Virus record (IMG/VR): IMGVR_UViG_3300027833_000049
Location: 1-62,157 of that record
DNA from: a virus
Lineage: Duplodnaviria > Caudoviricetes
DNA: 62,157 nt
Direction: 5' to 3' (one strand)
Notes under the pieces: generated by a model
Seen by the model: only the letters and a program-made list of their open reading frames with translations
Told to the model about the DNA's origin: nothing
Databases searched by the model: none
Shown: positions 1 to 8,445 of the stretch, one piece after another
Layout of the letters: every line of letters starts with the position of its first letter
Numbering within the stretch: position 1 is the stretch's first letter
Program-made: the position numbers and the translations under genes

Positions 1-32
1 CAGCATCAAGGCGCTGACGGAGCATTAGGATA

Positions 33-692
33 ATGAGACTAATTAAAGAAGTTACAGAAGAGATCCAATACATTTCTGAGCTTAACGAAGAGACTGGTAA
101 GAAGTCACACTTCATTGAAGGTGTTTTCTTGCAGTCAAACCTCAAGAACCGTAATGGTAGAATGTATCCTAAAGAGGTGATGCAGAAAGAGGTTGCTCGT
201 TACACAGCAGAATCTATCGATAAGAAAAGAGCATACGGCGAGTTAGGACATCCAGATGGCCCTACAGTAAATCTTGACCGTGTATCTCATATGATCGTGG
301 GTCTTAAAGAAGACGGCGATAACTATATCGGCAGAGCAAAGATACTTGATACACCTATGGGTCGTATTGTAAAAGAACTTATTGGCGAGGGTGCAAGCTT
401 AGGCGTTAGCTCTCGTGGATTGGGTTCACTTAAAGAAAGAAACGGCGTCAATGAAGTGCAAGAAGACTTCATGTTAGCAACTGCTGCTGATATTGTTGCC
501 GACCCTTCTGCTCCTGATGCTTATGTACAAGGTATCATGGAAAATAAAGAGTGGACATTTGTGAACGGTATTTGGCAAGAACAAGAACTTGAAGAATCAA
601 AAAAACTGATTCACGCTGCAAGTGCAAGTGAACTTGAGGCAGTTAAGTTAGAAGTCTTTGAAAGTTTCTTAAACAAATTATCTAAAATTTAA
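33..692 (+). CDS. gp21: Prohead core protease (T4 gp21-like)
   Basis: Motifs NRNGRMYP, YGELGHP, GVSSRGLGS and DIVADPSAPDA; lies just upstream of the scaffold and capsid genes. Confidence 0.96.
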   Translation: MRLIKEVTEEIQYISELNEETGKKSHFIEGVFLQSNLKNRNGRMYPKEVMQKEVARYTAESIDKKRAYGELGHPDGPTVNLDRVSHMIVGLKEDGDNYIGRAKILDTPMGRIVKELIGEGASLGVSSRGLGSLKERNGVNEVQEDFMLATAADIVADPSAPDAYVQGIMENKEWTFVNGIWQEQELEESKKLIHAASASELEAVKLEVFESFLNKLSKI

Positions 693-697
693 ATTTT

Positions 698-705
698 TAT
701 AAATA
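698..705 (+). promoter_or_regulatory. T4-type late promoter
   Basis: TATAAATA in the intergenic gap before gp22. Confidence 0.85.
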
Positions 706-746
706 TACATTAGAACAAAGAAATACAATCTAATAGGAGAATAAAC

Positions 747-1880
747 ATGGGTGTAGAATCCAAGATCCGAGAGCTTATGGAGGGCGCAGCAAATCGTCCT
801 AAGGATAAGTCACAGGGTGACGCTTCTAGTCCTGCTCAAGGTGGTTCAGACGCTAACCCTGAAATGCAAGACCTTAGTGGTACTGGCAATGCAGAAGGCG
901 GCTTAACCTCAGAAGTAGGCAAAGCGGCATCAGCTAAGAAAGGAAAAGACACTACTTTACCTAAAGGACAAGGCGCTGGTAAAGCTCCTAACTTTGATGA
1001 CAAAGCAGAGAAAGTATCTGGTCTAGCAGCAGAAGAAGTTGAAACTGAAGAAGAAGTTATTTCTGAAGAAGAAGCAGATGTTGTTGAAGACGTTATCGCT
1101 GAGGAAGAAGAAGTAGTTGCAGAAGCAGAAGAGATTACTGAAGAAGAATCTATTGAAGAGGCAACTCTTTTCGAAGCCGATCTTAATGCACTCTTTGCTG
1201 ACGAAGAGCATCTTACAGAAGAATTTAAAGTAAAAGCAGCAGAAGTATTTGAAGCTGTTGTTACTTCAAGAGTTACTGCTGAAATTGCAGAGATAGAAGA
1301 AGAATTGACTGAGGCTGCAAACAAAGAATTTGAATCGCAGCTAGAACAAATGACAGAGAACATTGATAAGTATCTCGGATATGTTACTGAAAACTGGATG
1401 GCAGATAATCAAATTGCTATCGAAAGCGGTGTTCGCACTGAAGTAACTGAGTCGTTTATTAAAGGTCTACAGCAAGTTTTCACTGAGCATTATATAGATG
1501 TCCCAGAAGAAAAGTATGATGTGATGACTGAAATGCAAACACAGATTGATAGCCTTACTGCTAAACTAGACGAAGAAGTTGAGTCTAAGATGTCAGCGGA
1601 ACACGAAGCTATTACTTTGAAGAAGCAAGCAGCGTTTGCTAATATTTCAGAAGACCTAGCGTCAACTGAAAAAGAAAAATTTGCAACATTAGTTGAAGAC
1701 ATTACTTATACTGGTATGGATTCTTATGAGCAAAAACTTCAAGTTGTTAAGGAAAACTATTTTCCAAAAGAAGCAGCACCGGAAGATCAACTTGAAGACA
1801 CTTTTGAGGCTACCAACGAAGTAACTAATACAGTTATGTCTAAGTATGCTCAGGCAATTTCAAAAACAACTAAATTTTAA
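747..1880 (+). CDS. gp22: Prohead core scaffold protein (gp22-like)
   Basis: Very acidic coiled-coil protein with LTEEFKVKAAEVFEA and IDKYLGYVTENW motifs; located between gp21 and gp23. Confidence 0.93.
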   Translation: MGVESKIRELMEGAANRPKDKSQGDASSPAQGGSDANPEMQDLSGTGNAEGGLTSEVGKAASAKKGKDTTLPKGQGAGKAPNFDDKAEKVSGLAAEEVETEEEVISEEEADVVEDVIAEEEEVVAEAEEITEEESIEEATLFEADLNALFADEEHLTEEFKVKAAEVFEAVVTSRVTAEIAEIEEELTEAANKEFESQLEQMTENIDKYLGYVTENWMADNQIAIESGVRTEVTESFIKGLQQVFTEHYIDVPEEKYDVMTEMQTQIDSLTAKLDEEVESKMSAEHEAITLKKQAAFANISEDLASTEKEKFATLVEDITYTGMDSYEQKLQVVKENYFPKEAAPEDQLEDTFEATNEVTNTVMSKYAQAISKTTKF

Positions 1881-1901
1881 TTAAACCGAAAGTAAACTTT
1901 T

Positions 1902-1909
1902 TATAAATA
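1902..1909 (+). promoter_or_regulatory. T4-type late promoter
   Basis: TATAAATA upstream of gp23, followed by an AGGAG SD. Confidence 0.85.
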
Positions 1910-1948
1910 GTACTATTAATAATAAAACTGAAAACCAAGGAGACTTAA

Positions 1949-3211
1949 ATGTATCTTTCAGAGCAAATTGAGAGCAAGTGGGCACCAGTCCTCGAGCATG
2001 CTGACCTGCAGCCTATTGCAGATCCGTACAAGAAAGCTGTTACCGCTGTAGTTCTCGAAAATCAAGAAAAAGCCCTTTTTGAAGAAAAAGGCATCATGGA
2101 AGCAACTCACGTTAACCAAACAGGTGCCGGCGTAGATAACTACGATCCAATCCTAATTAGCCTCGTCCGTCGTGCGCTTCCCAATCTAATGGCATATGAT
2201 GTTGCTGGCGTTCAGCCGATGACTGGACCTACTGGTCTTATCTTCGCCATGAAGTCACACTACACTAATATGACAGGCACTGAAGCTTTGTTCAACGAAG
2301 CTGATACTGATTTCTCAGGTGGCGGTACTCATGCTGGTTCAAACCCAGTTGATGGTACTTACACTACTGGTGCTGGCGTTGCTACTGCAACTGCTGAAGG
2401 CTTCGGTGACGGAACTACTTTGAACGAGATGGCTTTCTCAATTGAGAAGACTACTGTTACAGCTAAGTCTCGTGCATTGAAAGCTGAGTACACTGTAGAA
2501 CTCGCACAAGATCTCAAAGCAATTCATGGTCTTGACGCTGAGTCAGAGCTTTCTAACATTCTTTCACAAGAAATTCTTGCTGAAATTAACCGTGAAGTTA
2601 TTCGTACAATCTACAAAGTCGCTAAGACTGGTTCTGCATCTACTGCAACACCTGGTACTTTCGATCTTGACGTTGACTCAAACGGTCGTTGGTCAGTTGA
2701 GCGTTTCAAAGGCTTGTTGTTCAACATCGAGCGTGACGCTAACGTAATTGCACAAGATACTCGTAGAGGGAAAGGTAACTTCATTATCTGCTCTTCAGAC
2801 GTAGCATCAGCGCTTGCAATGTCAGGTGTACTTGATTACGCTCCTGCACTACAAACTAACCTCAGCGTTGACGATACTGGCAACACTTTCGCAGGTGTTC
2901 TTAACGGTCGTTACAAAGTTTATATCGATCCATACAGTGCTAACACTGGTTCAGCATCACAGTTCTACGTTGCTGGATACAAAGGTACTAGCCCTTATGA
3001 CGCAGGCATCTTCTATTGCCCATACGTTCCTTTACAAATGGTTCGTGCGATTGACCCTGAAACCTTCCAGCCTAAGATCGGCTTCAAGACTCGTTACGGC
3101 ATGGTTGCTAACCCATACGTTACACAGACTGATGGTACTACTGACGGTGATACATTCACTGCTTCACGTAACCAGTACTACAGGAAAGTCAAAGTACAAA
3201 ACTTGATGTAA
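1949..3211 (+). CDS. gp23: Major capsid protein (gp23)
   Basis: Motifs GVQPMTGPTGLIFAM, SRALKAEYTVELAQDLKAIHGLDAE, YCPYVPLQM and FQPKIGFKTRYG. Confidence 0.99.
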   Translation: MYLSEQIESKWAPVLEHADLQPIADPYKKAVTAVVLENQEKALFEEKGIMEATHVNQTGAGVDNYDPILISLVRRALPNLMAYDVAGVQPMTGPTGLIFAMKSHYTNMTGTEALFNEADTDFSGGGTHAGSNPVDGTYTTGAGVATATAEGFGDGTTLNEMAFSIEKTTVTAKSRALKAEYTVELAQDLKAIHGLDAESELSNILSQEILAEINREVIRTIYKVAKTGSASTATPGTFDLDVDSNGRWSVERFKGLLFNIERDANVIAQDTRRGKGNFIICSSDVASALAMSGVLDYAPALQTNLSVDDTGNTFAGVLNGRYKVYIDPYSANTGSASQFYVAGYKGTSPYDAGIFYCPYVPLQMVRAIDPETFQPKIGFKTRYGMVANPYVTQTDGTTDGDTFTASRNQYYRKVKVQNLM

Positions 3212-3252
3212 GCATCAAAAATAAAAAGAATTGCTCAAAGCAATCTATTTTG

Positions 3253-3278
3253 AAAGGGCTCTTCGGAGTCCTTTTTTT
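3253..3278 (+). terminator. Rho-independent terminator after gp23
   Basis: AAGGGCTC-TTCG-GAGTCCTT stem with a UUCG loop, followed by a T run. Confidence 0.9.
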
Positions 3279-3333
3279 GGCCTAAAAACTGTGTAACAAT
3301 TTGTGTAAATCTATATTTAAGAATTTTTCGTAT

Positions 3334-3341
3334 TATAAATA
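3334..3341 (+). promoter_or_regulatory. T4-type late promoter for the monooxygenase/cytochrome operon
   Basis: TATAAATA after the gp23 terminator and 32 nt before the ATG at 3374. Confidence 0.8.
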
Positions 3342-3373
3342 GTAAACATAAACTAAACTAACGAAGGTGCATT

Positions 3374-4660
3374 ATGAAAAAAATATTATCAATGATTACA
3401 TTCTTTGCGATAGGATTTGTTGCCGGCGGCGTCAACGGACAAACCTATACAGCAGAAGTGGCAGATATCATTAATGAAAACTGTGTAGTGTGTCATCGTC
3501 AAGGCGGCATTGGACCAATGAGCTTTGAAACATACGAGCAAGTAAGACCTTGGGCGCCGCTGATTGCTATGAAAGTAGCAAGTAGAGAAATGCCTCCTTA
3601 CGCCTATGATCATGGAATTGGTATTCAAGACCTTCAAGGCGATTGGAGACTAGCTCAACAAGATATTGATAGTATAGTAGAATGGGTAAACAGCGGATCA
3701 AAGTATGGTAATCCTGATACATTGGTAGCTTCTCCAGATTTAGGTGATACTGAAGCTTGGAGTTTCGAAGGCGACTTCGGTGCACCAGATGCAATTATTC
3801 CTTCTGTAGCAATAGACATTCCTGCAAACGGTAACGATTTATGGCACAAGCATTTAGTTCCAACAGGACTTACTGAAGATCGTTGCATTAAAGCAGTACA
3901 AGTTAAGCCACGGGGCGAAGCTAAAGCAGTCGTACATCACGCCAACTCTAATGTGGTTATTGATGGAGGCCGTGAAGGCATGCTGACCGAGTATGCTATG
4001 GGAAAATGGGGAGAGATTGTTCCAGAAGGAGTATGCAGAATTCTTCCAGGGAACGCAGAAATTAGATGGGATATTCACATGTTCCCCGGCGGACTTGGTG
4101 CGATGGCACCAGGATCAGTCATTAAAGACAACGTGGTAGAGATCGGCCTTTGGTTATACTCTGACGAAGAGAGCAAGGCACTTAAATACAAGCAAGATTT
4201 GTCGCTTTATCGCTTAGGGAATCAGGACGATCTAGTAGTTCCTCCTCATGGTTATGCAATGACTCAAGGCTTTCACAGTTTTGATCATCCAGTAAGACTA
4301 GATAGTTTTCAGCCACATGGTCACTTGCGTATGAATGCAGCAAGCCTTGAAATCTTCTACCCAGAGACTGGTCGTACTGAGCAAGTCAGTCAGATAAGCA
4401 AGTGGAGTGCAACATGGCACCACAGTCATCTATATTCGCCTGAAGCCGCTCCTTTGATTCCAGCAGGTGCAGTTATTATTCTCAAGCAATGGTATGACAA
4501 TACAGCAGAGAATCCAAATAACCCAGATCCTGATATGTATGTAATGGGCGGTTCAAGAACTGGTGATGAAATGACGCACAGCTGGTTAGCCATCACTCAT
4601 TTAGATGACGAAGGATTTTCTGAACTCAAAGCAAAACGAATGATAGCAGGCAATGACTAA
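3374..4660 (+). CDS. Exported heme c-containing copper type II (PHM/DBH-like) monooxygenase, copy 1
   Basis: N-terminal signal peptide; CVVCH heme motif with a candidate distal Met in EMPP; VVHHAN...DIH (CuH-like site); PHGHL...DEM (CuM-like site); YDNTAENPNNP motif. Confidence 0.8.
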   Translation: MKKILSMITFFAIGFVAGGVNGQTYTAEVADIINENCVVCHRQGGIGPMSFETYEQVRPWAPLIAMKVASREMPPYAYDHGIGIQDLQGDWRLAQQDIDSIVEWVNSGSKYGNPDTLVASPDLGDTEAWSFEGDFGAPDAIIPSVAIDIPANGNDLWHKHLVPTGLTEDRCIKAVQVKPRGEAKAVVHHANSNVVIDGGREGMLTEYAMGKWGEIVPEGVCRILPGNAEIRWDIHMFPGGLGAMAPGSVIKDNVVEIGLWLYSDEESKALKYKQDLSLYRLGNQDDLVVPPHGYAMTQGFHSFDHPVRLDSFQPHGHLRMNAASLEIFYPETGRTEQVSQISKWSATWHHSHLYSPEAAPLIPAGAVIILKQWYDNTAENPNNPDPDMYVMGGSRTGDEMTHSWLAITHLDDEGFSELKAKRMIAGND

Positions 4661-4826
4661 AATACAATTAATATTAGCAAGTATTATTATAGCAAGTTGT
4701 ACTAGTTCTGGCTACAATGGATCGCATGAGGTCGATTGGATGCCAGATCGAGTAGTTTGGGAACAAAATATTATAGACTGTAGAAGAGCAACTGTTTGTA
4801 GAGCAGAAGATCTTTTTAAGCAGTGA
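4653..4826 (+). CDS. Small predicted lipoprotein (57 aa, not in the ORF track)
   Basis: MTKIQLILASIIIASC lipobox-like signal; overlaps the stop of the upstream gene; two further Cys (DCRRATVC). Confidence 0.65.
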   Translation: MTKIQLILASIIIASCTSSGYNGSHEVDWMPDRVVWEQNIIDCRRATVCRAEDLFKQ

Positions 4827-4852
4827 TAAACCAATTAGGATGATAGTAGAAG

Positions 4853-5176
4853 ATGATTAAATTTATTAAAATATTAGCAGTATCAACATTTTGTATTGTT
4901 TGGACTAGCATAGCAGTTCATGCAGATGAGTTTGATTCAGTAAAAATGAAATGGAGAACCTGTGCAGCCTGTCACGGCAATGAAGCACAAGGCAAGCCAG
5001 GATTTCCTAGTCTTAACTGGATGGAAGAAGATTACATCGTAGAAGCATTGACTGACTACAAACAAATGATTACCCGTGGTGACATGAGTGGTATTATGTT
5101 TGGTCAAGCAGCAACGCTATCAGATGAGGAAGTTGTACAGATGGCAAAATATATTAAGGAACTAAAAAATGACTAG
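4853..5176 (+). CDS. Monoheme class I cytochrome c (c553/c4-like)
   Basis: Signal peptide ending AVHA; CAACHG; PSL motif; distal Met in IMFGQAATLSDEEV. Confidence 0.9.
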   Translation: MIKFIKILAVSTFCIVWTSIAVHADEFDSVKMKWRTCAACHGNEAQGKPGFPSLNWMEEDYIVEALTDYKQMITRGDMSGIMFGQAATLSDEEVVQMAKYIKELKND

Positions 5177-6407
5177 ACTAAATACAGCAGTAAGTACATT
5201 TGCAATCCTAGTTTTTATGCTAGGAGCAAAAGCAGAAGCAGCAGAGATTGATTATGCAGAAAATGTAGCACCTATCTTTGTAGAGCAGTGTCAGAGCTGT
5301 CACAGAGAAGGCGGCATTGCTCCTTGGGCAATGACTGACTACAGAATGCTTCAAGCATTCGCACCTGCAATCAAAGAAGCAGTTACATCATTAAGAATGC
5401 CACCAGGACAGATTGATCGTAAGTATGCAAAGGATATCATAAATCATCGTACACTAAATGATTTAGAAATGGAAACTATTGTAGAGTGGGTCAATGCAGG
5501 AGCACCTGTAGAAGGTGACAGAGATCCACTAACAGAAACTGTTTACTCTACATCAGAGTGGGTACACGGCGAGCCTGATATGATCATTGAAGTACCTCCT
5601 ATGGAGATTCCTGCAGGTCCTTCAGCAATTCCTTATCGTTATGTCAGTGTACCCACTGGTTTAACAGAAGACAAGTGGTTGCGTGGATCGGAGTATTTGC
5701 CTTCAGAGCCTACTGTGATGCATCACATGCTAAACTCAGTCGTACTTCCTGGTAAAGGCAGTATGAATATTCTAGGCGCACAAGGTGGCGGACAAGCTGA
5801 GATGAACTTTGCGAGTGTCTCTGCTTATGTTCCAGGTGGTGATCCAGATTTTTATGACGAGAATACTGGCGGATTACTTCGTGCAGGTTCAATTGTAAAT
5901 CTACAGTTACACTACACACCAGACGGCACTGCTAGAACAGACAACGCACGAATTGGGTTGTACTTCCATGACGAAGGCGTAGTACCAGAAGAAAGAATGG
6001 CAGGCGATTGTGCTTGTATATTCCCGCAAACTTGGACACCGATTCCGCCGTACGATCCTAACTTTGTACAGACAGCAGAAGTAGTATTAAAGAACGATGT
6101 TAACTTGCACACATTCTTACCACACATGCATTTCCGTGGTAAGAGTATGAAAGCAACTGCATTCTACCCAGACGGCAGCAGTGAAGAGTTGATTGATGTT
6201 CCTGTGTACGACTATGCTTGGCAGCTTTCATATACATGGAAAGAGCCTAAGCCCTTACCCAAAGGAACTCGTTTGTTTGTAGAAGGCGCATTCGATAACT
6301 CAGTAGACAACAAGATGAACCCTGATCCAAGCGCCACTGTGATGTGGGGGCAAATGTCTGAGCAGGAAATGTTCTTCGGAGCGTTCACTTGGAAGAATGC
6401 AGAATAA
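5169..6407 (+). CDS. Exported heme c-containing copper type II monooxygenase, copy 2
   Basis: Signal peptide (AEA); CQSCH and RMPP; VMHHML...QLHY; PHMHFRG...QEM; FDNSVDNKMNP motif. Confidence 0.8.
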   Translation: MTRLNTAVSTFAILVFMLGAKAEAAEIDYAENVAPIFVEQCQSCHREGGIAPWAMTDYRMLQAFAPAIKEAVTSLRMPPGQIDRKYAKDIINHRTLNDLEMETIVEWVNAGAPVEGDRDPLTETVYSTSEWVHGEPDMIIEVPPMEIPAGPSAIPYRYVSVPTGLTEDKWLRGSEYLPSEPTVMHHMLNSVVLPGKGSMNILGAQGGGQAEMNFASVSAYVPGGDPDFYDENTGGLLRAGSIVNLQLHYTPDGTARTDNARIGLYFHDEGVVPEERMAGDCACIFPQTWTPIPPYDPNFVQTAEVVLKNDVNLHTFLPHMHFRGKSMKATAFYPDGSSEELIDVPVYDYAWQLSYTWKEPKPLPKGTRLFVEGAFDNSVDNKMNPDPSATVMWGQMSEQEMFFGAFTWKNAE

Positions 6408-6415
6408 GTTATTTT

Positions 6416-6423
6416 TATAAATA
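6416..6423 (+). promoter_or_regulatory. T4-type late promoter
   Basis: TATAAATA before the GIY-YIG gene. Confidence 0.75.
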
Positions 6424-6431
6424 GTAGAAAC

Positions 6432-6465
6432 GAGATAGAGAGAGGCTGTAACTTCTCTCTATCTC
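6432..6465 (+). other. 14-bp stem-loop in the leader of the homing endonuclease
   Basis: GAGATAGAGAGAGG-CTGTAA-CTTCTCTCTATCTC, with one G-U pair. Confidence 0.7.
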
Positions 6466-6495
6466 TAAACAAGTGAAACTAATAAGGAGAATCAC

Positions 6496-7119
6496 ATGTC
6501 TACTACTACTTATAACATTGTATATAAGACTACCAACCTTGTCAATAACAAAATATATATTGGCGTCCATTCTACCAATGATCTTGATGACGGCTACTTC
6601 GGATCTGGTACTGCATTAAAATACTCTATAGAAAAACATGGTATAGATAATTTCTCTCGTGAAATATTATATTTCTTTGCCACAGCAGACGAAGCCTACG
6701 CTAAAGAAAAACAGCTAGTCACTGAATCTTTTGTTTCTCGGCAAGATAATTATAATATGAAGCCAGGAGGTTATGGCGGATTCAATTCCCCTACAAAAGA
6801 ACAACGAAGAGCAATTTCAATTCGGGTGTCCGGCGAAAATAATCCAATGTATGGCCAAGGCGAGAAACTTCTTGGTGAAAAGAATGGGATGTTCGGAGCA
6901 GATAGACCTGACGAATGGTGTAAACAGCACTCATCATTTATGAAAGGCAATAAAAATGCCGTGGGAGCAAACTGGTCAGAAGAAGCTAGAAAGAAAAAAT
7001 CTGAGCAGATGAAAAAAGTTGTAAAGAAACGAGCTGCCTGCATCAAGTGTCACAAAGAAATCACAATACAAAATTTAGGTAGGCACTACGCAACTCATAA
7101 TAATTTGACAATAGAGTAA
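6496..7119 (+). mobile_element. Free-standing GIY-YIG homing endonuclease (Seg-like)
   Basis: IVYKTTNLVNNKIYIGVH, YFGSG and YNMKPGG motifs; NUMOD3-like repeats GENNPMYG/GEKNGMFG; C-terminal CxxC...H. Confidence 0.9.
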
Positions 7120-7248
7120 CATAAAGTAACAACATAATGTCACTTATCTACTCATTTTAGGTTCTAGAAGTTATATATAGTAATGAGTGTTTTATCAAGG
7201 CGCTCATTTACTTTAACTTTATTTTGCTCACAAGGCAAGGAATTAAAA

Positions 7249-7353
7249 ATGATTATCGGCGCAAAGACAGCCAAACTAGAAACAGTTGTTACTTTTATGT
7301 TAGCGTTAGTAGTAACCTCACCTGTAGTACTCGCAGCAATCGCAGTAATTTAA
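7249..7353 (+). CDS. Small hydrophobic protein (34 aa, not in the ORF track)
   Basis: AAGGA SD; MIIGAKTAKLETVVTFMLALVVTSPVVLAAIAVI with one TM-like segment. Confidence 0.5.
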   Translation: MIIGAKTAKLETVVTFMLALVVTSPVVLAAIAVI

Positions 7354-7357
7354 GCGT

Positions 7358-7365
7358 TATAAATA
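7358..7365 (+). promoter_or_regulatory. T4-type late promoter
   Basis: TATAAATA before the gp3-like gene. Confidence 0.8.
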
Positions 7366-7392
7366 GTAATATAGAAAGACAAGGATATTACT

Positions 7393-7974
7393 ATGGTAAA
7401 CGTTTTAGCAAATGTAACAGAATCAACATGGGACGCTAGTAACCCTGGTGAATTAGACTATCTAAAGCCTAATGGTTTTAAGTTTAAGATTCACAATTTA
7501 CCTAGTGTCTCATTCTTTTGTCAGTCTGCAAACATTCCAGATGTTTCAATGGGATCTCCCCAAGTTGCTACACCTCTTGTTGATTATTATCAGCCAGGAG
7601 ATAAGCTTGCCTATGGTGAGCTAAATATTCGTTTTCTTATTCAAGAAAATATGAACAACTATAATGAAATATATGAATGGCTAGTCGGACTAGGCTTCCC
7701 AGAAAGTCATAAACAATATACTGATTTTTCTAATAGTCAGTCATATCGCTTCCCTACCATAAACCCATCAAAGCAAAGATCGCTCGGCAACTTTAGCGAT
7801 GCATCTTTGTTTATTCTTGATTCAAATAATAATACAATAAAAACAATAGTGTTTCAAGATGCGTTTCCGGTTTCTCTTAGTGGTCTTGAGTTTGAGATAA
7901 GTTCCGGTAGCACTGAATATTTTCAAGGAGTTGCTGCGTTTAGATACAGACAGTACAAGATTACAACGCCATAA
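7393..7974 (+). CDS. gp3: Tail completion / tube terminator protein (gp3-like)
   Basis: LKPNGFKF, FFCQSANIP, PGDKLAYGEL and FPVSLSGLEF motifs (tail-tube fold); synteny before uvsY. Confidence 0.8.
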   Translation: MVNVLANVTESTWDASNPGELDYLKPNGFKFKIHNLPSVSFFCQSANIPDVSMGSPQVATPLVDYYQPGDKLAYGELNIRFLIQENMNNYNEIYEWLVGLGFPESHKQYTDFSNSQSYRFPTINPSKQRSLGNFSDASLFILDSNNNTIKTIVFQDAFPVSLSGLEFEISSGSTEYFQGVAAFRYRQYKITTP

Positions 7975-8001
7975 ATATGATATATATTATGAGGTTTTAT
8001 T

Positions 8002-8445
8002 ATGATTACATTGAACGAACTACAAGACACATGGAAAACAGACTGCAAAATAGACGAACTCAACCTTGGCAGTGAGTCTATAAAAACCGCAGAGCTTCAC
8101 TCTAAGTATCTCAACCATCTAACTAACTTTAAGCTACAGCTAAGAAAGTTTGAATCTCAAATGCTTACTCTTCGTAGAGTGAAGTGGAGATACTTTCGTG
8201 GCGAATTATCCAAACTAGAACTAGACGATTTAGGTTGGGAGCAGTACTTAGGTCCACAGCCTTTGAAAAATGAAATGCAAGAATACCTAGACAGCGACTC
8301 TGAAATTATCAAAATAAATGATAAGCTAGATTATGTAAGAGCTTGTTTGTACCAATGTGAGTCTATTATGAAGTCACTAAATAGTAGAACATGGGATATA
8401 AAAAATGCTGTGGAATTTATGAAGTTTACCAACGGAAGTTTTTAG
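8002..8445 (+). CDS. uvsY: Recombination mediator UvsY
   Basis: LHSKYL, WRYFRGE and SRTWDIKNAVEFMKF motifs; precedes uvsW. Confidence 0.88.
   Translation: MITLNELQDTWKTDCKIDELNLGSESIKTAELHSKYLNHLTNFKLQLRKFESQMLTLRRVKWRYFRGELSKLELDDLGWEQYLGPQPLKNEMQEYLDSDSEIIKINDKLDYVRACLYQCESIMKSLNSRTWDIKNAVEFMKFTNGSF

Noticed and set aside
836-1702. Minus-strand Ser-rich ORFs (175, 62 and 70 aa)
   Set aside because: Antisense shadows of the Glu-rich gp22 codons, with no start signals or motifs.
2526-3206. Alternative-frame ORFs inside gp23
   Set aside because: Explained by strong codon bias in the capsid gene; no SD or recognisable motifs.
3374-6407. Monooxygenase operon as host contamination
   Set aside because: It is flanked by the gp23 terminator and T4 late promoters on both sides, with phage-like compact overlaps; read-level confirmation is still advisable.
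7224-7439. 71-aa ORF from the track
   Set aside because: TTG start without an SD and it overlaps gp3; the 34-aa ORF at 7249-7353 has better signals.
8391-8444. Extended N-terminus of uvsW
   Set aside because: Overlaps uvsY; the GTG at 8445 coupled to the uvsY stop is more plausible.
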